This document shows, in pieces, positions 10,411-20,940 of a DNA stretch of 64,000 bases; position 1 is the stretch's first letter, and every line of letters begins with the position of its first letter. The stretch is taken from assembly GCA_947627385.1 (NCBI GenBank), contig CANQVV010000001.1, positions 40,865 to 104,864 of the forward strand, in the 5' to 3' direction. The DNA is from an uncultured Bacilli bacterium (lineage in GTDB: Bacteria > Bacillota_I > Bacilli_A > RF39 > UBA660). A program made the translations under genes and the position numbers. The notes beneath the pieces are model-generated. The model was not told where the DNA came from. It saw nothing but the letters and a program-made list of their open reading frames with translations, and made no database searches.

Positions 10411-11555
10411 CTTAGATGATAATATATTTTATTCATTTCTAAATTTTGACCTTTTAAAGCAAATAATTCGGAAACACTCATTACTTGATAACCTTTACTA
10501 TATAAGAGAGGTAAAAGAGATAAAATAGCATTTACACTACTATCATAAGAATCATGAAACAAAATAATATCACCATCTTTAACATTATCAATTACATAAT
10601 TTATTAAATAATCACTATTGCGGTAACGCCAATCATTAGTGTCTAAATTCCATAAAACATAGGAAACATTAAGTAAATTTAATTGACTATTTTTGATTGA
10701 ACCATAAGGTGGTCTTAGTATTTTTAAATCTTCTCCATATATATTTTGATAAATTTCATTCATTTTATTATAATCATTTATTATTTCTTCATCACTACTT
10801 TTTTTCATATTCATATGACTATAAGTATGACTACCTATTTCATTACCAGTATTTTTGATACTTATAAGTAAGTCTTTATTATTTATTGCTCTTTCACCAA
10901 CAATAAAAAAAGTAGCATGAAAATGATTATCACTAAGGGCATTTAAAATTTTATCAGTTTTATTCTTATTTGGACTATCATCAAAAGTTATAGCAATGGC
11001 TTTTTTAGCATTAGTATAATTATAACCATTTTCATTTTCATACTCTTTATCTAGTAAAACAGTAAAATTTAAATAATCTTTTATTTCATTATAATTTACT
11101 TTTAAATATAATATTTCTTCTACTTCGGGACTTATTTGATAATTATTAAAATATATTACCATTTCATTATCCCTTAAAATATAAGATTTTAAAACATTTT
11201 CATTCATTAAAGCCTCAGCTACAAATTTAGGATATTTAAGTTTAATTAAATCATTTATTTTTTGATTATATTCATTTATTTTATCTTCTTTAATTAAATC
11301 ATCAATCCTAATTTCATGTTCTGTTTCATATTCATAAATCTTACTTAAATAATGATCTTGACTATCTTTATATAAATAACTAGTTACACTTTCACCTAAG
11401 GTATTTTTTTCAATTAAAACATAATTATTATCATTTTCATAAAAACATAAATCAACTTGTTTAATTTCCTTTTTAGGAAATGATATAAGATAGACTATTA
11501 CACCTATTAATATAACTACTATTAAATTTTCTAAATTAAAAATTTTTTCTTTCAT
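10407..11555 (-). CDS. polysaccharide deacetylase (NodB/CE4) with N-terminal anchor
   Basis: NodB motifs ITFDDSPN and HSYSH. N-terminal TM. Possibly a cortex/peptidoglycan deacetylase. Confidence 0.8.
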   Translation of the reverse strand: MKEKIFNLENLIVVILIGVIVYLISFPKKEIKQVDLCFYENDNNYVLIEKNTLGESVTSYLYKDSQDHYLSKIYEYETEHEIRIDDLIKEDKINEYNQKINDLIKLKYPKFVAEALMNENVLKSYILRDNEMVIYFNNYQISPEVEEILYLKVNYNEIKDYLNFTVLLDKEYENENGYNYTNAKKAIAITFDDSPNKNKTDKILNALSDNHFHATFFIVGERAINNKDLLISIKNTGNEIGSHTYSHMNMKKSSDEEIINDYNKMNEIYQNIYGEDLKILRPPYGSIKNSQLNLLNVSYVLWNLDTNDWRYRNSDYLINYVIDNVKDGDIILFHDSYDSSVNAILSLLPLLYSKGYQVMSVSELFALKGQNLEMNKIYYHLS

Positions 11556-11640
11556 ATTTCATCTTTATTAGTATGGATAATATTTAAAAATTCATTTACA
11601 AAAGAAATTATTTTTTTTATAATTTATTTAGAGGTATATT

Positions 11641-12126
11641 ATGAGAAGAGATAAGATAAATTATTATTTGGATATTGCTGAGGCAGTTATTACCAGAGGA
11701 ACTTGTTTAAGACGTAATTTTGGCGCTATTATTGTAAAAAATGATGAAATAATTTCTACGGGATATGTTGGAGCTCCCCGAGGAAGACGTAATTGTTGTG
11801 ATTTAAAATATTGTACCAGAGAAAAATTAAATATCCCAAGAGGTGAACGTTACGAATTATGTCGCAGTGTTCATGCGGAACAAAATGCTATTATTTCTGC
11901 TTCCCGTCGTGATATGCTTGATTCAACTTTATACTTAGTTGGTAAAAATTATGATGATGGCAAATACGTTAAAAATGCTATGCCCTGTGCTTTATGCAAA
12001 AGAATGATTATTAATGCGGGAATTAAAGAAGTAATTATTCGCAATACCAAAGATGATTATACAATTGTCAATGTCAAAGATTTTATCTCAAATGATGAAT
12101 CACTTGAAGGTGTAAAAGGCTATTAA
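11641..12126 (+). CDS. comEB: dCMP deaminase (ComEB-like cytidine/deoxycytidylate deaminase)
   Basis: Zinc motifs HAEQNAI and PCALCKRMI. 161 aa. Confidence 0.8.
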   Translation: MRRDKINYYLDIAEAVITRGTCLRRNFGAIIVKNDEIISTGYVGAPRGRRNCCDLKYCTREKLNIPRGERYELCRSVHAEQNAIISASRRDMLDSTLYLVGKNYDDGKYVKNAMPCALCKRMIINAGIKEVIIRNTKDDYTIVNVKDFISNDESLEGVKGY

Positions 12127-12141
12127 ATTAGTCTTTTTTTA

Positions 12142-12594
12142 TTATTTAAAAATATCTTTATATAAAATTATTCTGCGAGTATAAGAATCTTTTATTAAAG
12201 GATGACCATTTCTAGTATGACCACAATATTCTCTTTCAAAACTTTCTAATATACTATTAATATACATAATATTTTCAATTGTAACTTGTTCTTTTACTAT
12301 CATATCAAAGAGTTCACTATTTATATCTTCAAACATATCATAATCATAATCTTCTATAATATGTAAATAATCATGGGAAGTTTTGCGGTTAAGTAAAGCT
12401 AAATTCCATAAATAATATCCCGTATCAAAGCCATTTTTTTCACACTCACAACGTGATACAACAACATGATGAAAAGAAAGGGAGTTAATATTTTTAAAAG
12501 GATATCCCATAAAATCAAATTTTAATTTTTTTAATAAATATTTTTTTAGCATTATATTTTTTAAATCTGAATTACGCATATTACCACTACCCAC
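12142..12594 (-). CDS. HNH-like nuclease domain protein
   Basis: SFHHVV...WNLALLNRKTSHDYLH resembles an HNH His-Asn-His core. Weak call. Confidence 0.4.
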   Translation of the reverse strand: MGSGNMRNSDLKNIMLKKYLLKKLKFDFMGYPFKNINSLSFHHVVVSRCECEKNGFDTGYYLWNLALLNRKTSHDYLHIIEDYDYDMFEDINSELFDMIVKEQVTIENIMYINSILESFEREYCGHTRNGHPLIKDSYTRRIILYKDIFK

Positions 12595-12654
12595 TGAATC
12601 ACTAATATAGTTATAACATTTTTTTTAAATATTGAAAATGCTTTTTGACAAAAT

Positions 12655-14265
12655 TTATACTTTTTTTATAATATATGGATCATCTTTTGTTCCAGTTCCT
12701 AATAAAGTTATATTACTTGATAAATAAAAGACAGGTCTCACATAAAATGCTTGACCAAAATTATAATGACCAGCTAGACCTTCTGATGGACTATATGTTC
12801 CATTTATATATGATTGAGCATAAAAGGCATATTCATAATAATAACCTCTTCGAGATAATAAAAGTTCACTTTTTCTAACACCATTATTATTAATATGAAT
12901 CCAATTACTAAGGCCAATTGCAGGAGAAATAATATAGGTATTAGCATATGCTAAATAAAAATCAGAATAATTTAAAATACCTATTTTGGCATTAACAAAA
13001 TCGGTCCAAACATTATCTACTGGATAATAATATGTTACAGTTCCTTTATATCCCCCATTAGTAGCTACCGTTTCAGTTCTTCCCAAAGAATCACTTTCAG
13101 CTTTTACATAATATAATGAACTTTTTTTACCACTTTCAACTTCAAAAAAATTAATAATACTTTTAGTATTAGCTGTTACTAAATCACCATATAGCCATTG
13201 ATGATCTGATATCAAATCATACCAATTAATGTCTAAATTATTTGGTACATAATCATTATTATTTAAAAAATTTGTTCCATTTATAGCTTTGTAAGACTCA
13301 GTATCTGGCCAAATAACATTATCATCATAACTTCTTGACCATTGAAATAAATTATTTCCAAGTGAATCTTTTTTTATTATTTTTAATTCATTGGTAAATG
13401 TATCTATTCCCATTATCCTATACATATGATGTTCTTCATCTTCTAAACATTCATTTTTATTTGTGGTGCCAAAACATATATAATTATTCTTTATTGTATC
13501 ATTTGTACCTTGAAATCTTCTAAGAGTATCTTCTCTTTCAGCTGTACTTTTTAAATTTTCCAATTGAGTTGAAGAATTTTTTTCCAAAATTTTTTCTACA
13601 TCACTTTTTTCTACACTATTACACTTAATATTTGATATTTTTAAAGAAACTAATAATTCTTTACCTGCCAAATAAATTTGACTATTATTTTTATTGTTTA
13701 TTTTTAAATAACTTTTAATATCTTGACTACCATTAATATTAATAACAAAATCTAATGTAAAATTCATTTGACCAGTTTCTTTTAAATCATATAAATCTAT
13801 AAATTTGACGGAAGTTCCACCAGAAATAAATAAAAATGCATCATCATTTTCTAATACACTTCCCATACTATTTAAAGAAGTATCTAAATTAACCATAACA
13901 TTTACTGAACATTTATTTCTTAAAGTCAAATTTTCAGAAACTAATTTTGCAACAATAGTCTTAGCTTCATCATCAGAAGTTACATAGCTTTTACTATTAT
14001 CACTTGTTGAATAGTATGATCCAATATTTTCTAAAACCATATCAGAATTTTTCAAATTAATATGTAATTTACTTTCTAAACCATTTAATGCAATACTTTC
14101 TGAGGGTGGCATTTTAATATTAATGGTTGAATTTGCTACTGTACTTACAATATCTACATTAAAATATGCATACGTTGCCCCGATTACTAATACTAGTAAT
14201 GTTACAACTCCAATTATTGATGTCATTATCATTTTTCTTTTATCTTGATTACCATTGTCTTCCAT
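12655..14265 (-). CDS. secreted protein with TasA/SipW-cognate-type signal peptide (GATYAYFNV)
   Basis: N-terminus KRKMIMTSIIGVVTLLVLVIGATYAYFNVD matches the SipW-dependent signal class (TIGR04088-like). C-terminal GTGTKDDPY motif. Strong RBS AAAGGAG. Confidence 0.6.
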   Translation of the reverse strand: MEDNGNQDKRKMIMTSIIGVVTLLVLVIGATYAYFNVDIVSTVANSTINIKMPPSESIALNGLESKLHINLKNSDMVLENIGSYYSTSDNSKSYVTSDDEAKTIVAKLVSENLTLRNKCSVNVMVNLDTSLNSMGSVLENDDAFLFISGGTSVKFIDLYDLKETGQMNFTLDFVININGSQDIKSYLKINNKNNSQIYLAGKELLVSLKISNIKCNSVEKSDVEKILEKNSSTQLENLKSTAEREDTLRRFQGTNDTIKNNYICFGTTNKNECLEDEEHHMYRIMGIDTFTNELKIIKKDSLGNNLFQWSRSYDDNVIWPDTESYKAINGTNFLNNNDYVPNNLDINWYDLISDHQWLYGDLVTANTKSIINFFEVESGKKSSLYYVKAESDSLGRTETVATNGGYKGTVTYYYPVDNVWTDFVNAKIGILNYSDFYLAYANTYIISPAIGLSNWIHINNNGVRKSELLLSRRGYYYEYAFYAQSYINGTYSPSEGLAGHYNFGQAFYVRPVFYLSSNITLLGTGTKDDPYIIKKV

Positions 14266-14444
14266 AAATCTTTACTCCTTTTATTATTATGGATAAATTA
14301 TTACTCTTTAATGTATATCTTACTTCTTTATTTTATCATATTTATCGTATTTATGTATATGTTATTAATTCTATTTTGTTATATTATGTAAATTATTATT
14401 GTTGATAACTTCCATATTATACAATTCTTCCTACTTTACAAAGT

Positions 14445-14472
14445 AATTATATAATACCCCCCCCGGAGTCAA
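14445..14472 (-). promoter_or_regulatory. candidate sigma-A promoter: TTGACT, then CC, G8, TATTA (15 nt spacer), then TATAAT
   Basis: Minus strand reads TTGACTCCGGGGGGGGTATTATATAAT. This is the only 8-nt G/C homopolymer in the window. It is about 185 nt upstream of the start of CDS 12655..14265. Confidence 0.45.
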
Positions 14473-14520
14473 GATTTTGCTTTTATTTTGTTTATATTAT
14501 GTCAAAAAAATAAGTAAATT

Positions 14521-14826
14521 TTAATTTTCACTTATTTTTTTATAAATATCTTTTATTTCTTCCGGAGTTCGATAGCCAATTTCTTTTTGCATTAAAAGGC
14601 CATCTTTATAAAAACATAATGTAGGAACACTCATAATGCCAAATTTCATAGCTAAATCAGTATATTTATCTGCATCAACTTTTAACACATCCATATAATC
14701 AATTTCTTCTAGGATTGGCGCAAGCATTTTACAAGGTCCACACCACTCAGTATAAAAATCAACTAAAATATAACCTTTGGCTACTATATCATCAAAGTCT
14801 TTGGCATTTTCTAAATGTTTAACCAT
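14521..14826 (-). CDS. trxA: thioredoxin
   Basis: WCGPC active site. 101 aa. Confidence 0.95.
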   Translation of the reverse strand: MVKHLENAKDFDDIVAKGYILVDFYTEWCGPCKMLAPILEEIDYMDVLKVDADKYTDLAMKFGIMSVPTLCFYKDGLLMQKEIGYRTPEEIKDIYKKISEN

Positions 14827-15548
14827 TTTAATGCTCCTTCACCAAATAAGACATCTTGAAGACCTACTTTACCCGTATCAACTAATTCTTGGGCTCTTTC
14901 TTTGGAAATCATACGATAACTTATTTCAATTTGTAAAATTCGTAAATTTAAGGCTTTTAATTCTTCCTCAGTATATTCTTTCTTTTCAGTTATAGCATTA
15001 GTAATTTCACTAATGGCATTTCTTGAACTTCCAAAATAATTAGCTATTAATGGTGTATGATTTAACATAAAATCAGCAACCTTACTTTCATGGATAAAAC
15101 CGGCTGTAACTGTAAATGCTGATAAGACAAATAATATAACATAAACATAAATCCATGATTCTAAAAAGCCTAATATAGCGCCACAAATTTTAGATGGAAT
15201 AACCCAAATAACAGTAAATTTTAATAAAGTATCAATAAAACCGGTAACAGCAATTATAATATTTAATAAGCAATATAATAAAACAAAAATTAAAATGAAA
15301 GCAATAGCGTGATATATTAAAACATTTAATGAAACTAAATTAGCTAAGGCCCCAAATTTAAAGAATGGTAAATGATCAATTAAAAAATTAGCCAAAACAT
15401 CTTTTAGGGCATAACTAATCATTACAATTGCAACTAAGCCAACAAAATTTACTATTGTTTTAATAAGTCCTCTTTTCCATCCAGCAAGTAATCCAAGTAA
15501 AATAAATACTACAATTATAATATCAATAACATAATTCATTCTATTCAT
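14811..15548 (-). CDS. cvpA: CvpA family membrane protein
   Basis: Four-TM N-terminal CvpA-like domain followed by a C-terminal extension. Confidence 0.6.
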   Translation of the reverse strand: MNRMNYVIDIIIVVFILLGLLAGWKRGLIKTIVNFVGLVAIVMISYALKDVLANFLIDHLPFFKFGALANLVSLNVLIYHAIAFILIFVLLYCLLNIIIAVTGFIDTLLKFTVIWVIPSKICGAILGFLESWIYVYVILFVLSAFTVTAGFIHESKVADFMLNHTPLIANYFGSSRNAISEITNAITEKKEYTEEELKALNLRILQIEISYRMISKERAQELVDTGKVGLQDVLFGEGALKWLNI

Positions 15549-15621
15549 CTCCTATTGTAATTATATTATATTTATAATGAAAAATAAAGTAGATTATGAT
15601 AAAATTATTTTGAGGTGTAAA

Positions 15622-16545
15622 ATGACTATTGTATTTAAAGTATCAGATAATTTAAAAAATAAAATAATTGAATATTATAAAGATAAAGTACGGGAAAAAA
15701 CTCCTCCTTATGCTATATTTCAAGCTGAGGAAGAAGATACAATAATTACATTATACGAAAGTGGAAAAATAATGTTTCAAGGAACAAGTGCCGATATTGA
15801 TGCTAATCTTTGGATTGATTTAGAAAAAAAATTAAATAAAAGAGTTATTAATATCGATGGTACCGAAACCAAAGTTAAAGAAAAAAGTAACGATGATGTC
15901 ATAGAATTATCTACTATTGGTTCTGATGAAGTTGGAACCGGAGATTTTTTTGGACCAATTGTAGTCACAGCAACTTATGTTTCTCTAAATGATTTTGAAT
16001 TTCTAAAAGCATTAGGGGTACGTGATTCTAAAAAATTAACTGATCAAAAAATAAAAGAAATTGCCCCTAAAATAATGCAAAAAATTCCTTATGTAACTAC
16101 AATATTAGATAATGAAACTTATAATAAGCATTATAGTAAAAATAATAATATGAATAAATTAAAAGCAATATTACATAATAAAGCTTTATATGAATTAAAA
16201 AGTAAAAATAATTTCAATTATGCCAAAATTGTTATAGATGAATTTTGTAGTAAAGAAAATTTTTACAAATATATTGAAAATGTTCCTGATAAAGTTATGC
16301 ATATTACATTTATGATGAAAGCCGAAGATAAAGTATTAAGTGTTGGCTGTGCTTCAATTATTAGTAGATTCATATTTTTAAGAAAAATGGACGAACTTTC
16401 AGATAGCATTCATATTCCTCTTCCAAAAGGAGCCGGAGCAAGTGTCGATAAAGTTGCCAAAGAAATTAAAGAAAAATATGGCATAGAAAAATTAAAAACT
16501 ATTGCTAAAATGAATTTTAGCAATGTAAATAGATTAGATGATTAA
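15622..16545 (+). CDS. rnhC: ribonuclease HIII
   Basis: N-terminal TBP-like domain, then RNase H fold (DEVGTGDFFGPIVV). GAGGTG RBS before the ATG at 15622. Confidence 0.85.
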   Translation: MTIVFKVSDNLKNKIIEYYKDKVREKTPPYAIFQAEEEDTIITLYESGKIMFQGTSADIDANLWIDLEKKLNKRVINIDGTETKVKEKSNDDVIELSTIGSDEVGTGDFFGPIVVTATYVSLNDFEFLKALGVRDSKKLTDQKIKEIAPKIMQKIPYVTTILDNETYNKHYSKNNNMNKLKAILHNKALYELKSKNNFNYAKIVIDEFCSKENFYKYIENVPDKVMHITFMMKAEDKVLSVGCASIISRFIFLRKMDELSDSIHIPLPKGAGASVDKVAKEIKEKYGIEKLKTIAKMNFSNVNRLDD

Positions 16546-16568
16546 TCATATAGCAAAAAAGAAAACAG

Positions 16569-17204
16569 TTATATTCTGTTTTCTTCTTTTATAGTATCAA
16601 AATAATTGTTACCTTTTTCACTAAATGCTTCACTACCATTTACTTTAATAGAATGTGATCTAAATGATAAGTAATTATGCATAATGTTTTCTGTATAAAG
16701 AAAATCAATAATTGCATTATAACCCACAGAATCTATTTCATTCATATGTCTTTTATAACTACCACTAGCATAAACTGTAAATTGATTAGGTGAAATAGCT
16801 TGATAATAAAGGTTCATTCCTTTGTCTTTGCCAAATTTATTATCAATACTTCTAATCCAGTTTTTACTATGAGTACGATTATAAATGGTATTAATAACGG
16901 CATAAGCATCTTCATAAGTGTCATCTGCTTCGGCTAAAACAATACCACATAATACTTGAAATTCATAATTACTTAAATTATATTTATCTAAGATATATTT
17001 TATTTTCTCTTGTTTTTCTAATACAACCTCAGTATAAGTATCTAGTTTAGGATATTCAGTAATATTAATAATGGTTCCCTTTGGTGGTATAACTAAACAT
17101 ATTATCACTAGATATACAACTGGTAATATTAAATATTTTAAATTTTTCTTCAACCCACTCCACACATTGTGGAGGAGGGGCACAAAATCGACTAAATTAT
17201 TCAT
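16569..17204 (-). CDS. SleB/CwlJ-family cell wall hydrolase (Hydrolase_2) with N-terminal anchor
   Basis: LCGIVLAEADDTYEDAYAVINTIYNR matches the spore cortex-lytic enzyme catalytic motif. Start reassigned to the ATG at 17204, which has a GGGGGA RBS. Confidence 0.7.
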   Translation of the reverse strand: MNNLVDFVPLLHNVWSGLKKNLKYLILPVVYLVIICLVIPPKGTIINITEYPKLDTYTEVVLEKQEKIKYILDKYNLSNYEFQVLCGIVLAEADDTYEDAYAVINTIYNRTHSKNWIRSIDNKFGKDKGMNLYYQAISPNQFTVYASGSYKRHMNEIDSVGYNAIIDFLYTENIMHNYLSFRSHSIKVNGSEAFSEKGNNYFDTIKEENRI

Positions 17205-17345
17205 ACATTCCCCCTGAATGAACAAATTAATTATAGCACATATTACATTATATGTCAAATTATGTAAAAATATTATTATATATTTGCCAAAAATTAACAA
17301 TAACTATTTTGCATATTAGACAAAATTAGACAAAAAAATTAGAGA

Positions 17346-20279
17346 CTAAATATTCTCTAATTTTACTCCTACCACTTTACTAATACCAGCATTTTGCATT
17401 GTTATACCATATAATACATCAGCATATTCCATCATTCTTTTTTTATGGGTAATTAAAATATATTGACTATCCAATTTCTTTTTATTTAAATATTCACCAA
17501 ATAAATCAACGTTTACTTCATCAAGTGCGGCTTCTACTTCATCTAAAACAATAAATGGCACTGGGGAAACATTAAGAATAGCAAATAATAAGCATATAGC
17601 TGTAAGTGATTTTTCACCACCAGATAAACTTTGGGTATTATGAGCTTTTTTACCAGGTGGAATAATTATCATCTCAATACCGGTATTTAAATAATCATTC
17701 GGATCAGTAAGTTCTAATTTACCAATTCCTCCTTGAAACATTATTTTAAATACTTTACTAAATTCTGCACTTACCTTATCAAAAGTATTTTTAAATTTTT
17801 CACTCATTATATTATCCATATCTTGAATAATAACTAATAAATTATTCATAGATACTTCTAAATCATTTTTTTGATTGAATAAAAATTCATATCTACTACT
17901 TATTCTTTCATATTCTTTAATACTACCAGTATTAACTTCTCCCAAAGTTTTAATTTCACTCTTAATTTTATGAACCTTATTTCTAGCTAGTGATTCCTCA
18001 ATATCCAGTTCATAATTTTCTTTGGCATATTCATACGTCATATTGTATTCTTCATTTAAAGTAAGTAGTAAATTATCTAATTTAATATTCATTTTAGCTA
18101 CATTAACACTAACCATATTAAGTTCATTAGATATATTTTTATATTCAGAATTATTTTTATTATTTTCTTCCTCTAATTCTCTTAATTGATTATTTAAATC
18201 ATCTTTTTTACTTTTAAGTTCTAAAATATCTTGTTCTAATTTTTCTTTTTCAATTAATAAAGTATTTACCTTATTCATTAAATTTTCTAATTTTTTATCT
18301 AAATTATTACTTTTTAAATTAGTAAGACTAGCTATATCATTTTTTACTACTTTTAAATTATCTTCCAAAGTATCTAAAAAATGAATTTTAGATGTTTTAG
18401 TACTATTTAAATTAATTATTTCACTAGTCATTTTATTTAATTTTTCATTTATTAATTCAAAATCTTTATTAATTATATTAATTTCATCATTTAAATTAGT
18501 AATTTCTTTTATTAAATTATCTAAGTTATTTTTATTAATTTCTAATTCACTTTTTAAATTTAAATTGGAATTTTTTTTAGTAGTTCCACCACTTATTGAT
18601 CCACCAGCATAAATAATACTGCCATCTAAGGATACTACACGATATTTATATTCAATTGTTTTAGCAATTAAATTCATACTATCAATATCATTAGCTACTA
18701 TGACATTGCCAAGTTGATTTTCAATAATATTTTGATAAATTGCATTATACTCTACCAAATTTGCTAAAATACCTACATAACCATTAATATTTTCTAATCT
18801 ATTAATAACACTTTTATCTATATAACGGGATTTAATTATATCAAGTGGTAAAAATGTTGCTCTCCCTAACTTATTGTCTTTCAAATAATTAATGGCATTT
18901 TTAGCAGCCTCAGCATTATCAACAATTAAAAAATTTGCTGTTGAACTCAAAGTAACATCAAGACATTCTAAATATTCTTCTTTACAACTAATTAAATTAC
19001 CAATTGTATTATGAATTCCTTTAAGTCTAGGATTATTTAAAATATTCTTTACACTTAATGGTAACTTTTCATTATTTAAAATATTATTTTCTAGTATATC
19101 TATTTTATTTTCTAATTGTAATTTGTATTTATTTTTATCATCAAGTTCATTATTATAAGAATTTTTTTTAGCTAAAATATTTTTATAATCAATATTAATT
19201 TTATTTAAAGCATCTTGCTTTTCCGTAATATTTTGATTTAAAATATCTATTTCTTTATTACTTACTTCTATTTCTTTAATTAAATTTAATTCATCATTTT
19301 TTAAATTAATTAAATTATTTTTTATTTTATCTTCACTATATTCATATTTAGTTCTTTCAATTTCAATTCTTTTTTCACTATCCAAAGAAGATATTTCTGT
19401 TGTCAAATCTAATAATTTTTTATTTTGAGTATTTATTTTATCATCTATTTTATAAATATCTAATTTTAATTTTTCAATTTTATCAGAAGATAAACCATTT
19501 CCCATTTTTTCTAATTTAGTGGTTAATTCTTTTTCTCTATCATTTGCCATAGTATATTCTTTATTTAAACTAGTAATATCCTTAGTTATTAATGCTATTT
19601 CAATATTTTTTAAATCATCACTTAATTCAAAATATCTTTTAGCAACTTCGGCTTGGGCTCTTAAAGGTTCAACTTCCTCAGATAATTCATTAATTACTAA
19701 ATTAATTGCCTCTAAATTATCTTTGGTCTTATCCAATTTCTTTAAAGATTCTTCTTTCCTTTTTTTATATTTTAAAACACCAGCGGCACTTTCAATGATA
19801 ACTCTTCTCTCTTGGGGTTTAGAATTAACAACATCAGTTACTGTTCCTTGGGAAATAATATTAAAAGCATTACTTGATGAACCACTATCAATAAAAAGAT
19901 CTGTTATATCTTTAAGTCTAACCTTAGCATTATTAATAAAATATTCACTTTCACCATTTTTATAAACACTTCTTTTTACTTCAATTTCACTAAATTCACT
20001 ATTTAAATATTTATCACTATTATCAAATGTTAATGTTACTGAGGCTTTATTTAGGGCATCTTTGCTTTCACTACCACTAAAAATAACATCACTCATTTGG
20101 ACGCCACCACGAATAGATTTAACAGATTGTTCACCTAATACCCAACGAATAGCATCAACAATATTGGACTTACCACTACCATTAGGTCCTACAATAGCAG
20201 TTATTCCTTTTTTAAATTCAAAGATGGTTTTGGTAGCAAATGATTTAAAACCATCTAATCTAATACTTTTTAAATACAT
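17346..20279 (-). CDS. smc: chromosome segregation protein SMC
   Basis: 977 aa. N-terminal Walker A GPNGSGKSN. Hinge region. C-terminal signature LSGGEKS and Walker B VLDEVEA. Confidence 0.95.
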   Translation of the reverse strand: MYLKSIRLDGFKSFATKTIFEFKKGITAIVGPNGSGKSNIVDAIRWVLGEQSVKSIRGGVQMSDVIFSGSESKDALNKASVTLTFDNSDKYLNSEFSEIEVKRSVYKNGESEYFINNAKVRLKDITDLFIDSGSSSNAFNIISQGTVTDVVNSKPQERRVIIESAAGVLKYKKRKEESLKKLDKTKDNLEAINLVINELSEEVEPLRAQAEVAKRYFELSDDLKNIEIALITKDITSLNKEYTMANDREKELTTKLEKMGNGLSSDKIEKLKLDIYKIDDKINTQNKKLLDLTTEISSLDSEKRIEIERTKYEYSEDKIKNNLINLKNDELNLIKEIEVSNKEIDILNQNITEKQDALNKINIDYKNILAKKNSYNNELDDKNKYKLQLENKIDILENNILNNEKLPLSVKNILNNPRLKGIHNTIGNLISCKEEYLECLDVTLSSTANFLIVDNAEAAKNAINYLKDNKLGRATFLPLDIIKSRYIDKSVINRLENINGYVGILANLVEYNAIYQNIIENQLGNVIVANDIDSMNLIAKTIEYKYRVVSLDGSIIYAGGSISGGTTKKNSNLNLKSELEINKNNLDNLIKEITNLNDEINIINKDFELINEKLNKMTSEIINLNSTKTSKIHFLDTLEDNLKVVKNDIASLTNLKSNNLDKKLENLMNKVNTLLIEKEKLEQDILELKSKKDDLNNQLRELEEENNKNNSEYKNISNELNMVSVNVAKMNIKLDNLLLTLNEEYNMTYEYAKENYELDIEESLARNKVHKIKSEIKTLGEVNTGSIKEYERISSRYEFLFNQKNDLEVSMNNLLVIIQDMDNIMSEKFKNTFDKVSAEFSKVFKIMFQGGIGKLELTDPNDYLNTGIEMIIIPPGKKAHNTQSLSGGEKSLTAICLLFAILNVSPVPFIVLDEVEAALDEVNVDLFGEYLNKKKLDSQYILITHKKRMMEYADVLYGITMQNAGISKVVGVKLENI

Positions 20280-20289
20280 AACTAATCAC

Positions 20290-20940
20290 TCACTTTGCAG
20301 ATTTTTTATAAGCATCAAAGGCAGCATGTTGTTCAGCTTCTTTTTTACTTTTACCACTACCTCTTCCATAGATAATATTATCTATTTTAACTTCAACTTC
20401 AAATGTTTTATTATGAGCTTCACCATATTCATTAACTAATACATATTCCAAAGATTTTTTATCAGTTTGGACAAGTTCTTGTAAAAGAGATTTATAATCA
20501 TCAAAGAAAATAAAATCTTTCTCAATATAAGGAACAATTATTTTATAAATATATTTTTTGGCAAATTCAAAACCATATGTTAAATAAATAGCACCAAGTA
20601 TACTTTCAAAAACATCAGCAATAATAGTATCATTAACATTATCTTCTTGACCATGGCCTACTTTTATTAAAGGAATGTATCCCATATCTTTGGCATAATG
20701 TGCCAATGCTTGCTCACAAACAAAACTTGCTCTTTTTTTAGTCATTATTCCTTCTTTATAATCAGAATTCTTATAAAAATATTCACTTATAATAAGTTCT
20801 AGTACAGCATCACCAAGATATTCTAATCTTTCATAATTTTCACAATTTTTATGTTCATTAGAATAACTACTATGCGTAAGTGCTTCTTCTAATAATTTTT
20901 TATCTATCTTTTCTAAATTATATTTCTTTATAAAGTCCAT
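20290..20940 (-). CDS. rnc: ribonuclease III
   Basis: ERLEYLGDAVLEL signature plus dsRBD. rnc-smc synteny. Confidence 0.95.
   Translation of the reverse strand: MDFIKKYNLEKIDKKLLEEALTHSSYSNEHKNCENYERLEYLGDAVLELIISEYFYKNSDYKEGIMTKKRASFVCEQALAHYAKDMGYIPLIKVGHGQEDNVNDTIIADVFESILGAIYLTYGFEFAKKYIYKIIVPYIEKDFIFFDDYKSLLQELVQTDKKSLEYVLVNEYGEAHNKTFEVEVKIDNIIYGRGSGKSKKEAEQHAAFDAYKKSAK

Noticed and set aside
12675-13987. ORFs 12675..12878 and 13805..13987 on the + strand
   Set aside because: Embedded antisense in the SipW-cognate protein gene. No RBS.
17150-17220. GC-rich patch (CTCCACA-CAT-TGTGGAG palindrome, GAGGGGC, TCCCCC) that looked like a possible mobile-element end or riboswitch
   Set aside because: On the minus strand it decodes as a GGGGGA RBS plus the first codons (MNNLVDFVPLLHNVWSG) of the SleB-like gene. 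The palindrome is within coding sequence.
19519-20439. Plus-strand ORFs 19519..19965 and 20062..20439
   Set aside because: Antisense to smc/rnc. Composition artefact.
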